Assembly (NCBI GenBank): GCA_963707215.1
Contig: CAVPPB010000002.1
Span: 415,491 to 479,490, forward strand
DNA from: an uncultured Chloroflexia bacterium
GTDB taxonomy: Bacteria > Chloroflexota > Limnocylindria > Limnocylindrales > CSP1-4
Direction of reading: 5' to 3'
DNA: 64,000 bases
The notes under the pieces are model-generated. The model did no database searches. It saw only the letters and a program-made list of their open reading frames with translations, and was not told the origin of the DNA. Shown piece by piece: positions 30,612 through 41,277 of the stretch. The first letter of the stretch is position 1, and the number at the start of each line of letters is the position of its first letter. A program made the translations under genes and the position numbers.

Positions 30612-30998
30612 TCAGATCGCGCTGGCGCATGCCCGGCACTTCGTGGCGCCCTCGGCGTTGGCCTCCTTGCAGAAGGGGCACTCCTTCGTCGGCGCAGGCG
30701 GTGCGTCCTTGATGAACTGCCGAGCGATCAGGTAGACGACGAAGGCGACGACCACGAAGCTGATGACCGAGTTGATGAACAGGCCATAGCTGATCGCGAC
30801 CTCGGCCCCCGCGGAGTCGGTCCCGAGCACGATCTTGAGCTCGGCGAAGTCCACGCCGCCAAGGGCCCACCCGATCGGCGGCATGATGATGTCGTTGACC
30901 AGCGAGTTGACGACGGCGCCGAGGGCCGTGCCGATGATCACGCCGATGGCCAGGGCCAGGGCGTTCGTCTTGGTCAGGAACTCGCGGAACCCACTCAT
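30612..30998 (-). CDS. mscL: Large-conductance mechanosensitive channel with C-terminal CxxC-CxxC
   Basis: FREF...N...LAIGVIIG.A....VNSLVNDIIMPPIG, YG.FI; CPFC...CRAC. Confidence 0.9.
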   Translation of the reverse strand: MSGFREFLTKTNALALAIGVIIGTALGAVVNSLVNDIIMPPIGWALGGVDFAELKIVLGTDSAGAEVAISYGLFINSVISFVVVAFVVYLIARQFIKDAPPAPTKECPFCKEANAEGATKCRACASAI

Positions 30999-31063
30999 CG
31001 AACCCTCCTCCTCTTCCTCGCGCTCATCGACCCGGGTCGACGTCACGACCCGGTCCTGCGGGG

Positions 31064-31468
31064 CTAGTGATCGACCGCGGCTGGCAGGGTCGCGGCTGCG
31101 GCGATCCAGTCGCCGATCTCCTGGGCGGACGGCACCCGACGCACCGTGCCTGGGTTCGCGGCAGCGGCGTCCGCCACCGTCGCGGCCAGGTGCCCGGGGT
31201 TGCGCGTCGCCAGCTCGGTGGGTGACGCGACCCCGGCAGCCCGGAGCAGCTCAGCGTACTCGGGCCCGACGCCCGGCACGCGCATGAGATCCGCCGAGCC
31301 GACCCAGCCGAGCATCGTCGCGTCGCCCACCCCGACCATCCGGGCCAGGGCGGCCCGGCCGGCCCGCGAGGCGCCCTTCTCGAGCAGATCCTCGACCGTG
31401 AAGATGCCGACCGCGCGGAGGCGCTCGCCGAGTGTCGGTCCGATGCCCTCGATCGAGTCGGCTCTCAC
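31064..31468 (-). CDS. DUF4332-like helix-hairpin-helix protein
   Basis: IEGIGP...L..GI.TV.DLL, ADLMRVPGVG.EYAELL.AAGV, ELA.RNP. Confidence 0.8.
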   Translation of the reverse strand: MRADSIEGIGPTLGERLRAVGIFTVEDLLEKGASRAGRAALARMVGVGDATMLGWVGSADLMRVPGVGPEYAELLRAAGVASPTELATRNPGHLAATVADAAAANPGTVRRVPSAQEIGDWIAAAATLPAAVDH

Positions 31469-31580
31469 GGTCGACCTCCGGCCCGAGAGATGGCGAAGGT
31501 GACCATTCACGGATGATAGGCGGGCGCATCGACCGCCGGGAGGTCCCGCGCGGCGCGGGTCTGCCGACCCGGGATCTCGG

Positions 31581-32993
31581 TCAGTCGGTCTCGACGGAGC
31601 GCAGCGTCGTCCGATGGACCCAGCCGACCGCCTCGTCCGGGGTAAGGACCAGAACGAAGCTGGCCTCCTGGCGGAGGACCTCGACCTCGTCGCCACGGTC
31701 GAGCATGCCGACCTCCTGGCCCAGGTACTCGTCCGGCTCGCTGGCCAGTCGGACCAGGTTGTAGCTGACGATCCGCCGGTCGACGTCCGGGCCGGGCGGC
31801 TCGCGGAAGCGCAGCGGCTCCCGGTAGCTCCCCACGTCACGCTCCGATCTCGCGCGCGCCTCGCGCAGGGACGGGCGCCGCCAGCGCGGGATCATCGCCT
31901 CCTCGAGTGGCGTGTCGGGCGGCAGCTGGGTCATCGCCAGGCCCCGGCTCTCGACGTACGAGGTCGCCATGCCGGCCGCCCCGGCGGCGACCATCGCCCC
32001 ACTGGCCGTGGCGCCGCTCAGGACGGTGCCGCCGAGGGCTGCGCCGCTCGGACCCGCCCTGGCGCCGGAGGCATCCGCCAGGGCCGGATCGAGGTCGCGG
32101 CGTCGCCGCGACGCAGCGACGAAGAACAGGGTCAGCGCGCCGGCCCCTGCGACGATCACCGCGACCGGCAGGAACGCGACGGGGTCGGGGTCCTGCCCCG
32201 GCAGGCCACTCGTGCCGGTCGATCGACCGGTGGTGCCGCTCCCGCCGCCGCGTCCCGGGACCACCACTGCCGTGTCGCCCGGGCTTGTCGACGGGCGCGG
32301 CGAGGGGCTGGGCGCTGCCGACGGTGAGCCGGCGGGCGGCGGGACGACCACTGCCGGGGACGGCGACGGGGACGGTACCGGGGTCGGTGTCGCGGCCGGG
32401 GCAGGAGCCGCAGCCTTGGGGGTCGGGGTGGGAGCAGGCGTCGGCTTCGGCGTCGGCTTCGGCGTCGGCACGGGCGTCGGCACGGGCGTCGGCTTGGGCG
32501 TCGGCTTGGGCGTCGGCTTGGGCGTCGGCGTCGGGGTCGGCTTGGGTGTCGGCGTCGGTGTCGGTGTCGGGGCGGTGATGGCCACGAACCGCGGCGTCAC
32601 CGCCGTCAGCGTCACCGTCTCCTGGCCGTTGCCGTCCCCTGCCGTCGCCCGGAACCCGTACGCCCGGTTGCCGGTCGGCAGGGTCCGCGTGGCGGTGTAG
32701 ACGACCCCGTTCTTGAAGTCCGTGCCCGTCGTCGCGAGCGCGACGTCGCCGACGCCGCCGATGGAGACGACGATGGTCGTCGGGACGCAGCCGGCGTTGC
32801 TGGCGTAGGTGACCGAGAAGGTGATCGGGGTCGTCGTCGTTCCCGCTCCGGGGGTAGCTCCGCCCGCTGAGAGGGTGACGACGTGGTTCGGCCCCTTGCA
32901 GCTCACGGCATGGGCTTCCGGCGCGCTCACCTGGAGCGCGAACGCGATGACGGTCATCATCGCCACGGCGAGCGCGGCGCGAGCTCGGATCAA
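31581..32993 (-). CDS. Signal peptide-domain-Pro/Thr stalk-TM-SH3-like membrane protein
   Basis: Signal ending AHA, (PT/PK)n stalk, TM followed by RRRR, C-terminal L..GDEVEV...V.....GWV; start uncertain. Confidence 0.72.
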   Translation of the reverse strand: MIRARAALAVAMMTVIAFALQVSAPEAHAVSCKGPNHVVTLSAGGATPGAGTTTTPITFSVTYASNAGCVPTTIVVSIGGVGDVALATTGTDFKNGVVYTATRTLPTGNRAYGFRATAGDGNGQETVTLTAVTPRFVAITAPTPTPTPTPKPTPTPTPKPTPKPTPKPTPVPTPVPTPKPTPKPTPAPTPTPKAAAPAPAATPTPVPSPSPSPAVVVPPPAGSPSAAPSPSPRPSTSPGDTAVVVPGRGGGSGTTGRSTGTSGLPGQDPDPVAFLPVAVIVAGAGALTLFFVAASRRRRDLDPALADASGARAGPSGAALGGTVLSGATASGAMVAAGAAGMATSYVESRGLAMTQLPPDTPLEEAMIPRWRRPSLREARARSERDVGSYREPLRFREPPGPDVDRRIVSYNLVRLASEPDEYLGQEVGMLDRGDEVEVLRQEASFVLVLTPDEAVGWVHRTTLRSVETD

Positions 32994-33226
32994 GGGTCGG
33001 TCGTCCTCGTTGCCTTCCCCGGCGGCGGCGGACGGATGCGTCCGCATGCCCGATGGTCGACCTCGTGAGGGCCCCTGGACCATGACCCTGAAGTACGGTC
33101 CGGACCTGACCGGGTGGCTCAGGGTGTGGTCGTGGTCGGTCCGGTCGTGGTCGGTCCGGTCGAGGAGTCCGACCGATGCCTTCCGGCCGACGACGCGGCA
33201 AGATGGGCCCGACAGGGAGGTCCGCC

Positions 33227-34126
33227 ATGCCCGACGACCGCCGACCCCGCCTCAAGGAGTTCATCTCGCCGTTCCGGGTCGAGCCCGGGCGGAAGGTCAG
33301 GCTCGGCCGCGACTTCGATCCCGGCTACAAGGCCGACTTCGTCAAGAAGGGCGATGCCGCGGCGCTGCTCCAGCAAGGGGTCGAGGAGCTCAGCGAGTAC
33401 CAGGCCAAGCTCGCGGCACAGGACACCTACGCCCTGCTCGTCGTGCTCCAGGCGATGGACGCCGCGGGCAAGGACGGGACGATCCGCCACGTCATGAGCG
33501 GCGTCAACCCGCAGGGCGTCAGCGTCAGCAGCTTCAAGGCGCCGTCGCCGGAGGAACTCGACCACGATTACCTGTGGCGCTACGCACAGCGGCTGCCGGC
33601 GCGCGGGATGATCGGCATCTTCAACCGCAGCCACTACGAGGAGGTCCTGGTCGTCCGGGTGCACCCGGCGATCCTCGAGAGCCAGAAGCTGCCGCTCGGG
33701 ATGAAGGGCCGGGGGATCTGGCAGCGCCGCTTCCGGGAGATCAACGACTGGGAGCGGTATCTCTCCGACAACGGCATCCGCATCGTCAAGCTGTTCCTCC
33801 ATCTCTCGTACGAGGAGCAGCGGCGCCGGTTCCTGGCCCGCATCGACGAGCCGGAGAAGAACTGGAAGTTCTCTGCCAACGACATCCGGGAGCGTCGCTA
33901 CTGGGAGGACTACCAGGCGGCCTTCTCGGACGTCCTCTCGAGCACCAGCACGGAGTGGGCCCCCTGGCACGTCATCCCCGCCGACCGCAAGTGGTTCCTT
34001 CGCCTGGGAGCGGCAGCGGTCATCATCGAGGCGCTCATGTCCATCGACCCGCAGTTCCCGACGGTGAGCGACGATGCCAGGGCAGAGCTGCTCGCCGCCC
34101 GCGACGAGCTCCTCGGTGAGGGCTGA
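33227..34126 (+). CDS. ppk2: Polyphosphate kinase 2 family (class III-like)
   Basis: [39 protein letters not shown]; RBS GGGAGG. Confidence 0.92.
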   Translation: MPDDRRPRLKEFISPFRVEPGRKVRLGRDFDPGYKADFVKKGDAAALLQQGVEELSEYQAKLAAQDTYALLVVLQAMDAAGKDGTIRHVMSGVNPQGVSVSSFKAPSPEELDHDYLWRYAQRLPARGMIGIFNRSHYEEVLVVRVHPAILESQKLPLGMKGRGIWQRRFREINDWERYLSDNGIRIVKLFLHLSYEEQRRRFLARIDEPEKNWKFSANDIRERRYWEDYQAAFSDVLSSTSTEWAPWHVIPADRKWFLRLGAAAVIIEALMSIDPQFPTVSDDARAELLAARDELLGEG

Positions 34127-34217
34127 GCGACCGTAGAATCGGAGGGAGCGTCCCCGGGGCCCGGTGCTCCCTGCCCGCGACCCGGGCCACCCTCGCGACC
34201 GACCGCCAAGGAGAGTC

Positions 34218-35664
34218 ATGGCAACCGCCACCGCCGTCACCCCGCATCCGATCTACCTCGCCGGCCGCTGGGTCGAATCGCCGGATGTCCTCGAGGTCGT
34301 GAACCCTGCCGGCGCGGGCGAGGTCACCGGGGCGACCTACAACGCCACGCCCGAGCAGTACGAGGAGGCGGTCCGGGCCGCCGAGGCCGCCTTCAAGGTC
34401 ACCAGGAAGCTGCCGGCGTACGAGCGGAGCCGCATCCTGCGGGCCATCAGCGACGGGATCCGAGCCCGCCGCGAGGAGCTCGGGAACCTCATCGCCCTGG
34501 AAGCCGGCAAGCCCATCCGCGACGCCATGGTCGAGGTCGACCGGGCGGTGTTCACCTTCCGGCTCGGCGCCGAGGAGGCCGAGCGGATCGGCGGCGAGGT
34601 CATGCCCCTCGACCTCCTGGAGTCGTCGAAGGGCCGGACCGCGATGACCCGCCGCTTCCCGATCGGTCCGATCGCCGCCATCAGCCCCTTCAACTTCCCG
34701 CTCAACCTGGCCGCCCACAAGGTCGCCCCGGCGATCGCCTCGGGCAACCCGATCGTCCTCAAGCCCCCGTCCAAGGACCCGCTGGTGATGCTGGCGGTGG
34801 CCGAGATCATCGACGAGGTCGGCGTGCCCGAGGGGATGGTCAGCATCCTGCCGATGACCCGCGAGCTGGGCGACCGGATGGTCGAGGACGACCGCTTCAA
34901 GCTCCTCACCTTCACGGGCAGCCCGTCGGTCGGCTGGCGGATGAAGGCCCGGGCCGGTCGCAAGAAGGTCGTCCTGGAGCTGGGCGGGAACGCCGGCGTG
35001 ATGGTCGACGCCACGGCCGATCTCGACTGGGCCGTGAAGCGGATCCTGGTGGGTGCCTTCACGTACGCCGGCCAGGTCTGCATCAGCGTCCAGCGGATGT
35101 ACGTCCACGAGGACGTCTGGGAGCCGTTCATGGAGCGGTTCGTCGCCGGCTCGGCGGCACTCAGGGTCGGCGACCCCCTCGACCCGGAGACCGACCTGGG
35201 CCCGATGGTCGACGCCAACGCCGCCTCGCGGACCCAGCGCTGGGTCGACGAGGCCGTCCAGCTGGGCGGCAAGGTGCTTCTGGGCGGCACGCGCGGACGG
35301 CAACTTCTTCCCGCCGACGATCCTCACCGACACGCCGGTCACCGCCCAGGTCTGCTCGAGTGAGGCCTTCGCGCCGCTCGTCGTGGTCTCCCGGTTCCGA
35401 GACTTCGACGACGCCGTCCACCAGATCAACGACTCGTCGTTCGGGCTCCAGACGGGCGTCTTCACCAACGATCTGCGGAACGCCTGGGCGGCGTTCGAGG
35501 AGCTGGAGGTCGGCGGCGTCGTTCTCAACGACATCCCCACCTACCGGATCGATCACATGCCGTACGGCGGCGTCAAGGACTCGGGCCACGGCCGCGAGGG
35601 CCTGCGCTACGCCATCGACGATATGACGGAGATCAAGATCCTCGTCTTCGCCTGGCCGCAGTAG
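34218..35664 (+). CDS. Aldehyde dehydrogenase (one frameshift near 35290, probably a sequencing error)
   Basis: ISPFNFP, FTGS, LELGGN, AGQVC; continues in another frame as EAFAP...FGLQ.GVFT...PYGGVKDSG.GREG. Confidence 0.88.
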
Positions 35665-35719
35665 GGGCGCCGGAGTCGGCGCGGCGGGCGCGGGCGGGGC
35701 GGGCGCTGCGTTTCTGGCG

Positions 35720-35875
35720 TCATACCAGTGTGACTGGTGCTGTCACGGCCGATCTTGCGGGCCACCAGTCGGGCTGGTGCTATCCAGGAGTCGAGCGTCG
35801 GGTCGAGCGTGGGCGGCGGATCCGCTGGCGTCGGGACGGTGCCGGACCCGGTGTTGCACCAGTCACGCTGGTGGG
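35720..35875. repeat. ~150-bp triple-palindrome element, copy 1
   Basis: ACCAG-N5-CTGGT at 35724, 35764 and 35858. Confidence 0.75.
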
Positions 35876-36532
35876 CGCGAGGAACCAGAGGCCGCGGAGC
35901 GGCGCCGCCGGGTGATGAAGCCAGCGACGGACTGCAACGGTCCGGGCCGGGAACGCCGAATCGAACACCGCGGCGTGACGACGGACCAGAGCGTAGGCCG
36001 CGGCGTCTCCCGGCAGGACCACGACCCCGCCGACGGTCCGGGGCCGCCAGCCTCGCTCGTCGGGGAGGAGGCGGGTGGCGACCCGTACCTTCCGATCGAC
36101 GCCGGCGAGCAGCTGGCCGACCTCCACCACCCGTGACTTGACCTCGATGACGAGCAAGGCCCTGGCGTCTCCTCGCCAGCCGAGCACGTCGATCGCCCCT
36201 CGCTCGCCGAAGTGGTTGAAGGTCCACTCGGCGACCGTCTCCCAGCCGGTGGCGTGGAGCGCCGCCAGTACCGTGTCCACGAGAGCGGCGTGGTCTGCGT
36301 CGAGCAGCCTCGGCAGCTCGGGCCCGCGCCAGCGCGGCTGCAGCTCGAGCGAAGCGTCAAGCGCGACCGCGACCCGGCGGAGCGTGGCGAGGTCGACTTC
36401 GTCGAGGCGGCCCAGCTCGATCACCGACACCGTCTGCTGGCTGACGCGAGCTCGCACGGCCACATCCGCCTGGCGCCAGCGTCGCCGACGACGGAGGGCT
36501 CGGATGACCTGACCGACGCGCTGGTCGTCCAC
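35780..36532 (-). CDS. XRE-type HTH fused to a PD-(D/E)xK nuclease-like domain
   Basis: IRALRRRRRWRQADVA.RA.VSQ.TVS.IE.G; E.....GERG.IDVL.W......LVIEVKS. Confidence 0.8.
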   Translation of the reverse strand: MDDQRVGQVIRALRRRRRWRQADVAVRARVSQQTVSVIELGRLDEVDLATLRRVAVALDASLELQPRWRGPELPRLLDADHAALVDTVLAALHATGWETVAEWTFNHFGERGAIDVLGWRGDARALLVIEVKSRVVEVGQLLAGVDRKVRVATRLLPDERGWRPRTVGGVVVLPGDAAAYALVRRHAAVFDSAFPARTVAVRRWLHHPAAPLRGLWFLAPTSVTGATPGPAPSRRQRIRRPRSTRRSTPG

Positions 36533-36831
36533 TGCGGCGATGGTCCTGCCGCAAGCTTCGCTGCGGCTTCGTTGCTGGTCATCCCCAGTGCAGCGGGCAC
36601 GGGCACGACACAGCGGGCATGGGCACGACGACCAACGAGCGGGCACGATGGCTGCCGCCCCGCCCCCGTCCCCGCGCCCGCCCCGGCCACGCCGAGAGGG
36701 CCGTCGGTTTCGGGCCGAGCGGCACTAGGGCGGCCCGCCTGGGCCCGCAAGGGTGAGCGTGGGTCATCGGACCCGCCCGAGCCGGCAGAGGCATCGCCGG
36801 CGGGCAAGCGCATGCGGAGGCCCGGCGTCTC

Positions 36832-39525
36832 GTGAAGAAGGTCGCCCTCACCGTCAACGGTCGCCCCGTCGAAGTCGTCGCCGACGAGAAGCAGACCGTC
36901 CTGCTCGACCTGGTCCGCGAGGACCTCGGCCTGACCGGGACGAAGCAGTCCTGTGACCGCAAGGGTCAGTGCGGCACCTGCATGGTCCTGGTCGACGGCA
37001 AGGCCGTCCTCTCGTGCATCACGAAGGTGGCGGCCCTCGAGGGGGCCGACGTCGCCACGATCGAGGGCCTCGGGACTCCGGACCGCCCGAACCTCGTCCA
37101 GCAGGCCTTCGTCCTGTCGGGCGCGGTCCAGTGCGGCTTCTGCATCCCGGGCATGATCGTCACCGCGACGGAGCTGCTCGAGGCGAACCCCAGCCCGACC
37201 CGGGCCGAGATCCGCCGTGCGCTGCGCCGCAACCTCTGCCGCTGCACGGGCTACAAGAAGATCATCGACGCGATCCAGCTCGCCGGCCGCTTCATCCGCG
37301 GCGAGATCGCCCCGGCCGACCTGCTGCCCGCTGCCGACGCCCCGGCGCTTGGTGTCTCCCACCCGCGGCCCAGCGCCATGGCCAAGGCCTGTGGCACGGC
37401 CCGCTTCGGGGCGGACATCCGGATGCCCGGTGCGCTCGAGCTCGCGGTCGTCCGCAGCCCGCACCACCACGCCCGGATCCTCGGCGTCGACACCTCTGCC
37501 GCTGCGAGCATGCCCGGCGTAGCCGGGGTGATGACGGCGCAGGACATCCGGGGCACCAACCGCATCAAGTACACGGTCGCCGACCGACCGGTCCTCTGCG
37601 ACGACAAGGTCCGCACGCTCGGCGATCCCGTCGCCATCGTCGCCGCGGCCACCCGCGACCAGGCCCTGGCGGCCGCCGACGCCGTGGTCGTCGACTACGA
37701 GCCGCTGCCGGCGCTCCTCTCGCCCGACGCGGCGCTGGCCGACGACGCCCCGCAGATCCACCCGGACACCCCGAACCTCTGTCACCGCCAGCCGGTCATC
37801 AAGGGCGACGCTGCGAGCGCATTCGCCAGCGCGGCCGCCGTCGTCGAGGGCCGCTTCAAGACCCAGATCGTCCACCAGGCGCCGCTCGAGCCGGAGGTGA
37901 GCCTGGCCTACATGGACGGCGAAGGCGAGGACGCCGAGCTCGTCGTCATCGGGCGGAGCATCAACATCCACCTGGCCATGGACAGCCTCCAGACGGCCCT
38001 CGGTTGGGAGGCGATCCGCTACGAGGAGCCCTTCTCGGGCGGCCAGTTCGGCATCAAGGTCGAAGTCATCACGGAGCCGATCGCCGCCGCCGCCGCTCTC
38101 CACTTCGGACAGGCGGTCCGCTACGTGCCCAGCATGGCCGAATCGATGCTGGCGACCTCCAAGCGCCACCCGTTCGACATGGACATCCGCCTGGCCGCCG
38201 ACGAGGACGGCCGGCTCACGGCCCTGGGCATGGACATCACCGTCGACAACGGCGCCTACATGTCGCTCGGCATCGTGATCCTCCGCCGAGCCCTCCACAT
38301 GCTCACCAGCTCGTACTACGTCCCGAACATCGAGGTCACCTCCCGCCTCGTCTACACGAACAACCCGTGGGGCAGCGCCGCCCGGGGCGCCGGGCCGCCC
38401 CAGGCCCACTACGCGGTCGAGTGCGCGATCGACATGCTGGCCGAGAAGATGGGCATCGACCCGCTCGAGTTCCGGCGCCGCAACGCGCTCAAGCCGGGCG
38501 AGACGAAGGCCACCGGACACGTCGCGACCGAGTGGCCCTTCCCCGGTCTCGTCGACGCCATCCAGCCTGCCTACGAGACGGCCCGCGCGGAGGCCGCCCA
38601 CGCGAACGCCGAGGCGTCGAACGGCTTCCGCCGGGGCGTCGGGTTCGGGGCGGCGGCCTTCGGCATCGCCATGCCGGGCGACAAGTCGATGGCCGCCATC
38701 GAGCTCGATCCCGACGACGGGGTGACCGTCTACGTGGCGGCGGCCGACCCCGGCGAGGGCAACGACTCGATGCTCAGCCAGCTCGTCGCCCACGTCCTGG
38801 ACCTGCCGCTGGGCAAGGTCCGCCTGCGGACCCGCAGCACGGCCGACACCACGGCCTCGGGGCCCGCCTCGGGCAGCCGGGTCACCTACATGATCGGCGG
38901 CGCCGCCGTGGACGCGGCCCAGCAGCTGCGGGCGGCCATGGACGATCTCGGCGCACGGACCCATGCGGCCTTCGTGGCGGCCGAGCGGGAGACCCGCTAC
39001 GTCGGCCGGCGGACGACGCTCGAGACGGCGCCGCTCGACCCCGAGACCGGCCAGGGACCCTCGTTCGAGGTCCAGGTCTTCTCGATCCAGATGGCCGAGG
39101 TCGAGGTGGACACCTCGACGGGCGAGGTCAAGGTGGTCCGCCTCACCTCGGCGGCCGATCCGGGCCGGGTCATCCACCCGCTCAACGTCGAGGGCCAGCT
39201 CGAGGGCGGCATGGACATGGGTGCCGGCTTCGCGCTCCGCGAGGAGTACGTGGCCGGCAAGACGCGGGACTACGTCACCTTCAAGTTCCCGAACATCCGC
39301 CACGCCATGGACCTGGAGTCGATCATCGTCGAGACGCCCCGCGAGCTGGGCACGCTCGGCTCGGTCGGCGTCGGCGAGATGGCCATGGTCTCGACGGCCC
39401 CGGCCATCGTGAACGCCATCCGGGACGCCTGCGGGGCCATGGTCTTCGAGCTGCCGGCCACCCCGGAGAGGGTCAAGGCCGCCCTCGCGGTGGCCGAGCG
39501 GCCGCTCGTGGGCAGCGGGGCCTGA
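36832..39525 (+). CDS. Xanthine-oxidase-family molybdenum aldehyde oxidoreductase (2x[2Fe-2S] + Moco, no FAD domain)
   Basis: GTK.SC...GQCGTC, QCGFC.PG, NLCRCTGY, GGQFG, EGQ.EGG, GVGE. Confidence 0.92.
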   Translation: MKKVALTVNGRPVEVVADEKQTVLLDLVREDLGLTGTKQSCDRKGQCGTCMVLVDGKAVLSCITKVAALEGADVATIEGLGTPDRPNLVQQAFVLSGAVQCGFCIPGMIVTATELLEANPSPTRAEIRRALRRNLCRCTGYKKIIDAIQLAGRFIRGEIAPADLLPAADAPALGVSHPRPSAMAKACGTARFGADIRMPGALELAVVRSPHHHARILGVDTSAAASMPGVAGVMTAQDIRGTNRIKYTVADRPVLCDDKVRTLGDPVAIVAAATRDQALAAADAVVVDYEPLPALLSPDAALADDAPQIHPDTPNLCHRQPVIKGDAASAFASAAAVVEGRFKTQIVHQAPLEPEVSLAYMDGEGEDAELVVIGRSINIHLAMDSLQTALGWEAIRYEEPFSGGQFGIKVEVITEPIAAAAALHFGQAVRYVPSMAESMLATSKRHPFDMDIRLAADEDGRLTALGMDITVDNGAYMSLGIVILRRALHMLTSSYYVPNIEVTSRLVYTNNPWGSAARGAGPPQAHYAVECAIDMLAEKMGIDPLEFRRRNALKPGETKATGHVATEWPFPGLVDAIQPAYETARAEAAHANAEASNGFRRGVGFGAAAFGIAMPGDKSMAAIELDPDDGVTVYVAAADPGEGNDSMLSQLVAHVLDLPLGKVRLRTRSTADTTASGPASGSRVTYMIGGAAVDAAQQLRAAMDDLGARTHAAFVAAERETRYVGRRTTLETAPLDPETGQGPSFEVQVFSIQMAEVEVDTSTGEVKVVRLTSAADPGRVIHPLNVEGQLEGGMDMGAGFALREEYVAGKTRDYVTFKFPNIRHAMDLESIIVETPRELGTLGSVGVGEMAMVSTAPAIVNAIRDACGAMVFELPATPERVKAALAVAERPLVGSGA

Positions 39526-39555
39526 GCGTCCCGCGGCCGCCGGGCGGGCTCGCAC

Positions 39556-39912
39556 GTGGCGCCAGCGGTGACGACGGAGCCGGTCCGGACCCGCGAGCTC
39601 CGGTCGATCGCCGGTCGCGAGGTCTGGTTCGACTCCGAGGGGTTCATCTGGGAGCCGGACGACTGGAGCGAGGACGTCGCCAGCGAGCTCGCCCGCGAGA
39701 GCGGGATGACCGACCTCGACGACATCCACTGGCGGGTGCTCCGCTTCCTCCGCGGCTACTACCTGCGCAACGGGCGGGCGCCGATGAACCGCGAGCTGAA
39801 GGCCGGGACCGAGCTCAGCCTCGTGGAGCTGGAGCGCCTCTTCCCCGACGGCATCCGACAGGGCGCCCGTCGCCTCGCCGGGCTGCCGAACCCCAAGACC
39901 TGCCTGGACTAG
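39556..39912 (+). CDS. TusE/DsrC-family sulfur relay protein
   Basis: D.EGF....DW...VA..LA...G...L...HW.V..FLR.YY, LFP.G, AGLP.P..C; start 39556 or 39568. Confidence 0.88.
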   Translation: MAPAVTTEPVRTRELRSIAGREVWFDSEGFIWEPDDWSEDVASELARESGMTDLDDIHWRVLRFLRGYYLRNGRAPMNRELKAGTELSLVELERLFPDGIRQGARRLAGLPNPKTCLD

Positions 39913-39925
39913 ATCGAGGCATGGC

Positions 39926-41080
39926 ATGACCGATCGTCTCGTCTACCTGGACAACGCCGCCACGACCTTCCCCAAGCCACCCGAGATGCTCCGGGGGATG
40001 GTCGAGACATACGGTCGGCTGGGGGCCTCGCCCGGTCGGAGCAGCCACGACCTGGCGGCCCAGGCCGGGCAGCTCGTCGAGGAGGTCCGGGCCCGGGTGG
40101 CCGGCTTCTTCGGGGCGCCGGACGCGACCCGGGTGATCTTCGGGGCGAACGCGTCGGACGCCCTCAACACCGCGATCCTCGGGCTCGTCCGCCCGGGCGA
40201 CCACGTCGTGGCGACCCGCCTCGACCACAACTCGATCCTGCGCCCGCTCCACCACCTGGCCGAGCGCGGGACCATCACCTACGACCTCGCGCCGTTCGAT
40301 GGCCGCGGCTACGTGGACCCGGACGCGGTCGTCGCGCTGCTTCGCCCAAGCACGCGGCTGGTCGTCATGACCCACGCCTCGAACGTCCTTGGCACGGTCC
40401 AGCCGGTCGCCGAGATCGCCCGAGGCTGCGCGGAGCGAGGGGTACCGGTCGTCATCGATGCCGCCCAGTCGGCGGGCCAGGTACCGGTCGACATGCGGGT
40501 CCTCGGGGTGGCCGCCGTCGCGTTCACCGGGCACAAGTCCCTCTACGGCCCGTCCGGGATCGGCGGACTCGTGCTCCGGCCCGACCTGGACGTGGCGACC
40601 ACTCGTTTCGGCGGGACCGGCATGGACTCGGCCAGCCTGGTCCACAGCCAGGCCTACCCGCTGCGCCTGGAGCTGGGGACGCTGAACCTGCTGGGCGTGA
40701 TCGGTCTCGCGCTCGGCCTGGACTTCGTCGAGGAGCAGGGGATCGCGGCCCTCCATGCCCGCGAGATGGCCCTCACGCAACGGCTGCGCGACGGCCTGGC
40801 GGCCATCCCCGGGGTGGTCACCTACTGCGCCGACGACCTGGCCGGTCACCTCCCCGTCCTGACCGCCAACGTGGACGGCGTCCACCCGCAGGACGTCGGG
40901 GCGATCCTCGACGGCGACTTCGGGATCGCCGTTCGGGTCGGCGTGCACTGCGCGCCGCTCGTCCACCGCGATCTGGGCACGATCGAGCGGGGCGCGGTCC
41001 GCTTCAGTCTCGGGGCGTTCAACACCGTCGAGGACATCGACCGGGCGATCGAGGCGGTGGCGGCCATTCCGCACCGCTGA
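39926..41080 (+). CDS. Cysteine desulfurase-family (class V PLP) protein
   Basis: YLDNAATT.PKP, THASNV, DAAQSAG, TGHK.LYGP.G, R.G.HCAP, VRFS. Confidence 0.88.
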   Translation: MTDRLVYLDNAATTFPKPPEMLRGMVETYGRLGASPGRSSHDLAAQAGQLVEEVRARVAGFFGAPDATRVIFGANASDALNTAILGLVRPGDHVVATRLDHNSILRPLHHLAERGTITYDLAPFDGRGYVDPDAVVALLRPSTRLVVMTHASNVLGTVQPVAEIARGCAERGVPVVIDAAQSAGQVPVDMRVLGVAAVAFTGHKSLYGPSGIGGLVLRPDLDVATTRFGGTGMDSASLVHSQAYPLRLELGTLNLLGVIGLALGLDFVEEQGIAALHAREMALTQRLRDGLAAIPGVVTYCADDLAGHLPVLTANVDGVHPQDVGAILDGDFGIAVRVGVHCAPLVHRDLGTIERGAVRFSLGAFNTVEDIDRAIEAVAAIPHR

Positions 41081-41277
41081 CGCGGCCGACGAGGCGAGGG
41101 CGGCCGACGAGGCGATGGCGGCCATCCCGCACCGGCCGGCCTGCACCGCCGACGCGGTCGACGAGGCGATGGCGGCCCGCCTGCACCGGCCGGCCTGCAC
41201 CGCCGGCCCGGGCGACAGCCTCTCGGTCCCGGAACCGGCCCCCAAACGTCCCTCGCGACTCAGTGGTGGATCTTCGC

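Noticed and set aside
33125-33162. Short tandem repeat GGTCGTGGTCGGTCC upstream of ppk2 as an operator
   Set aside because: Only about two units of low-complexity GC sequence, with no other support
39556-39912. DsrC indicating dissimilatory sulfur metabolism
   Set aside because: Lacks the second conserved Cys, and there is no dsrAB in the window
36421-39927. Long antisense or alternative-frame ORFs (e.g. 1168 aa minus; also 20761-22872, 15602-17491 and the extension of 12242-15196)
   Set aside because: Shadow ORFs of real genes in high-GC DNA; Arg/Gly/Pro-rich with no motifs
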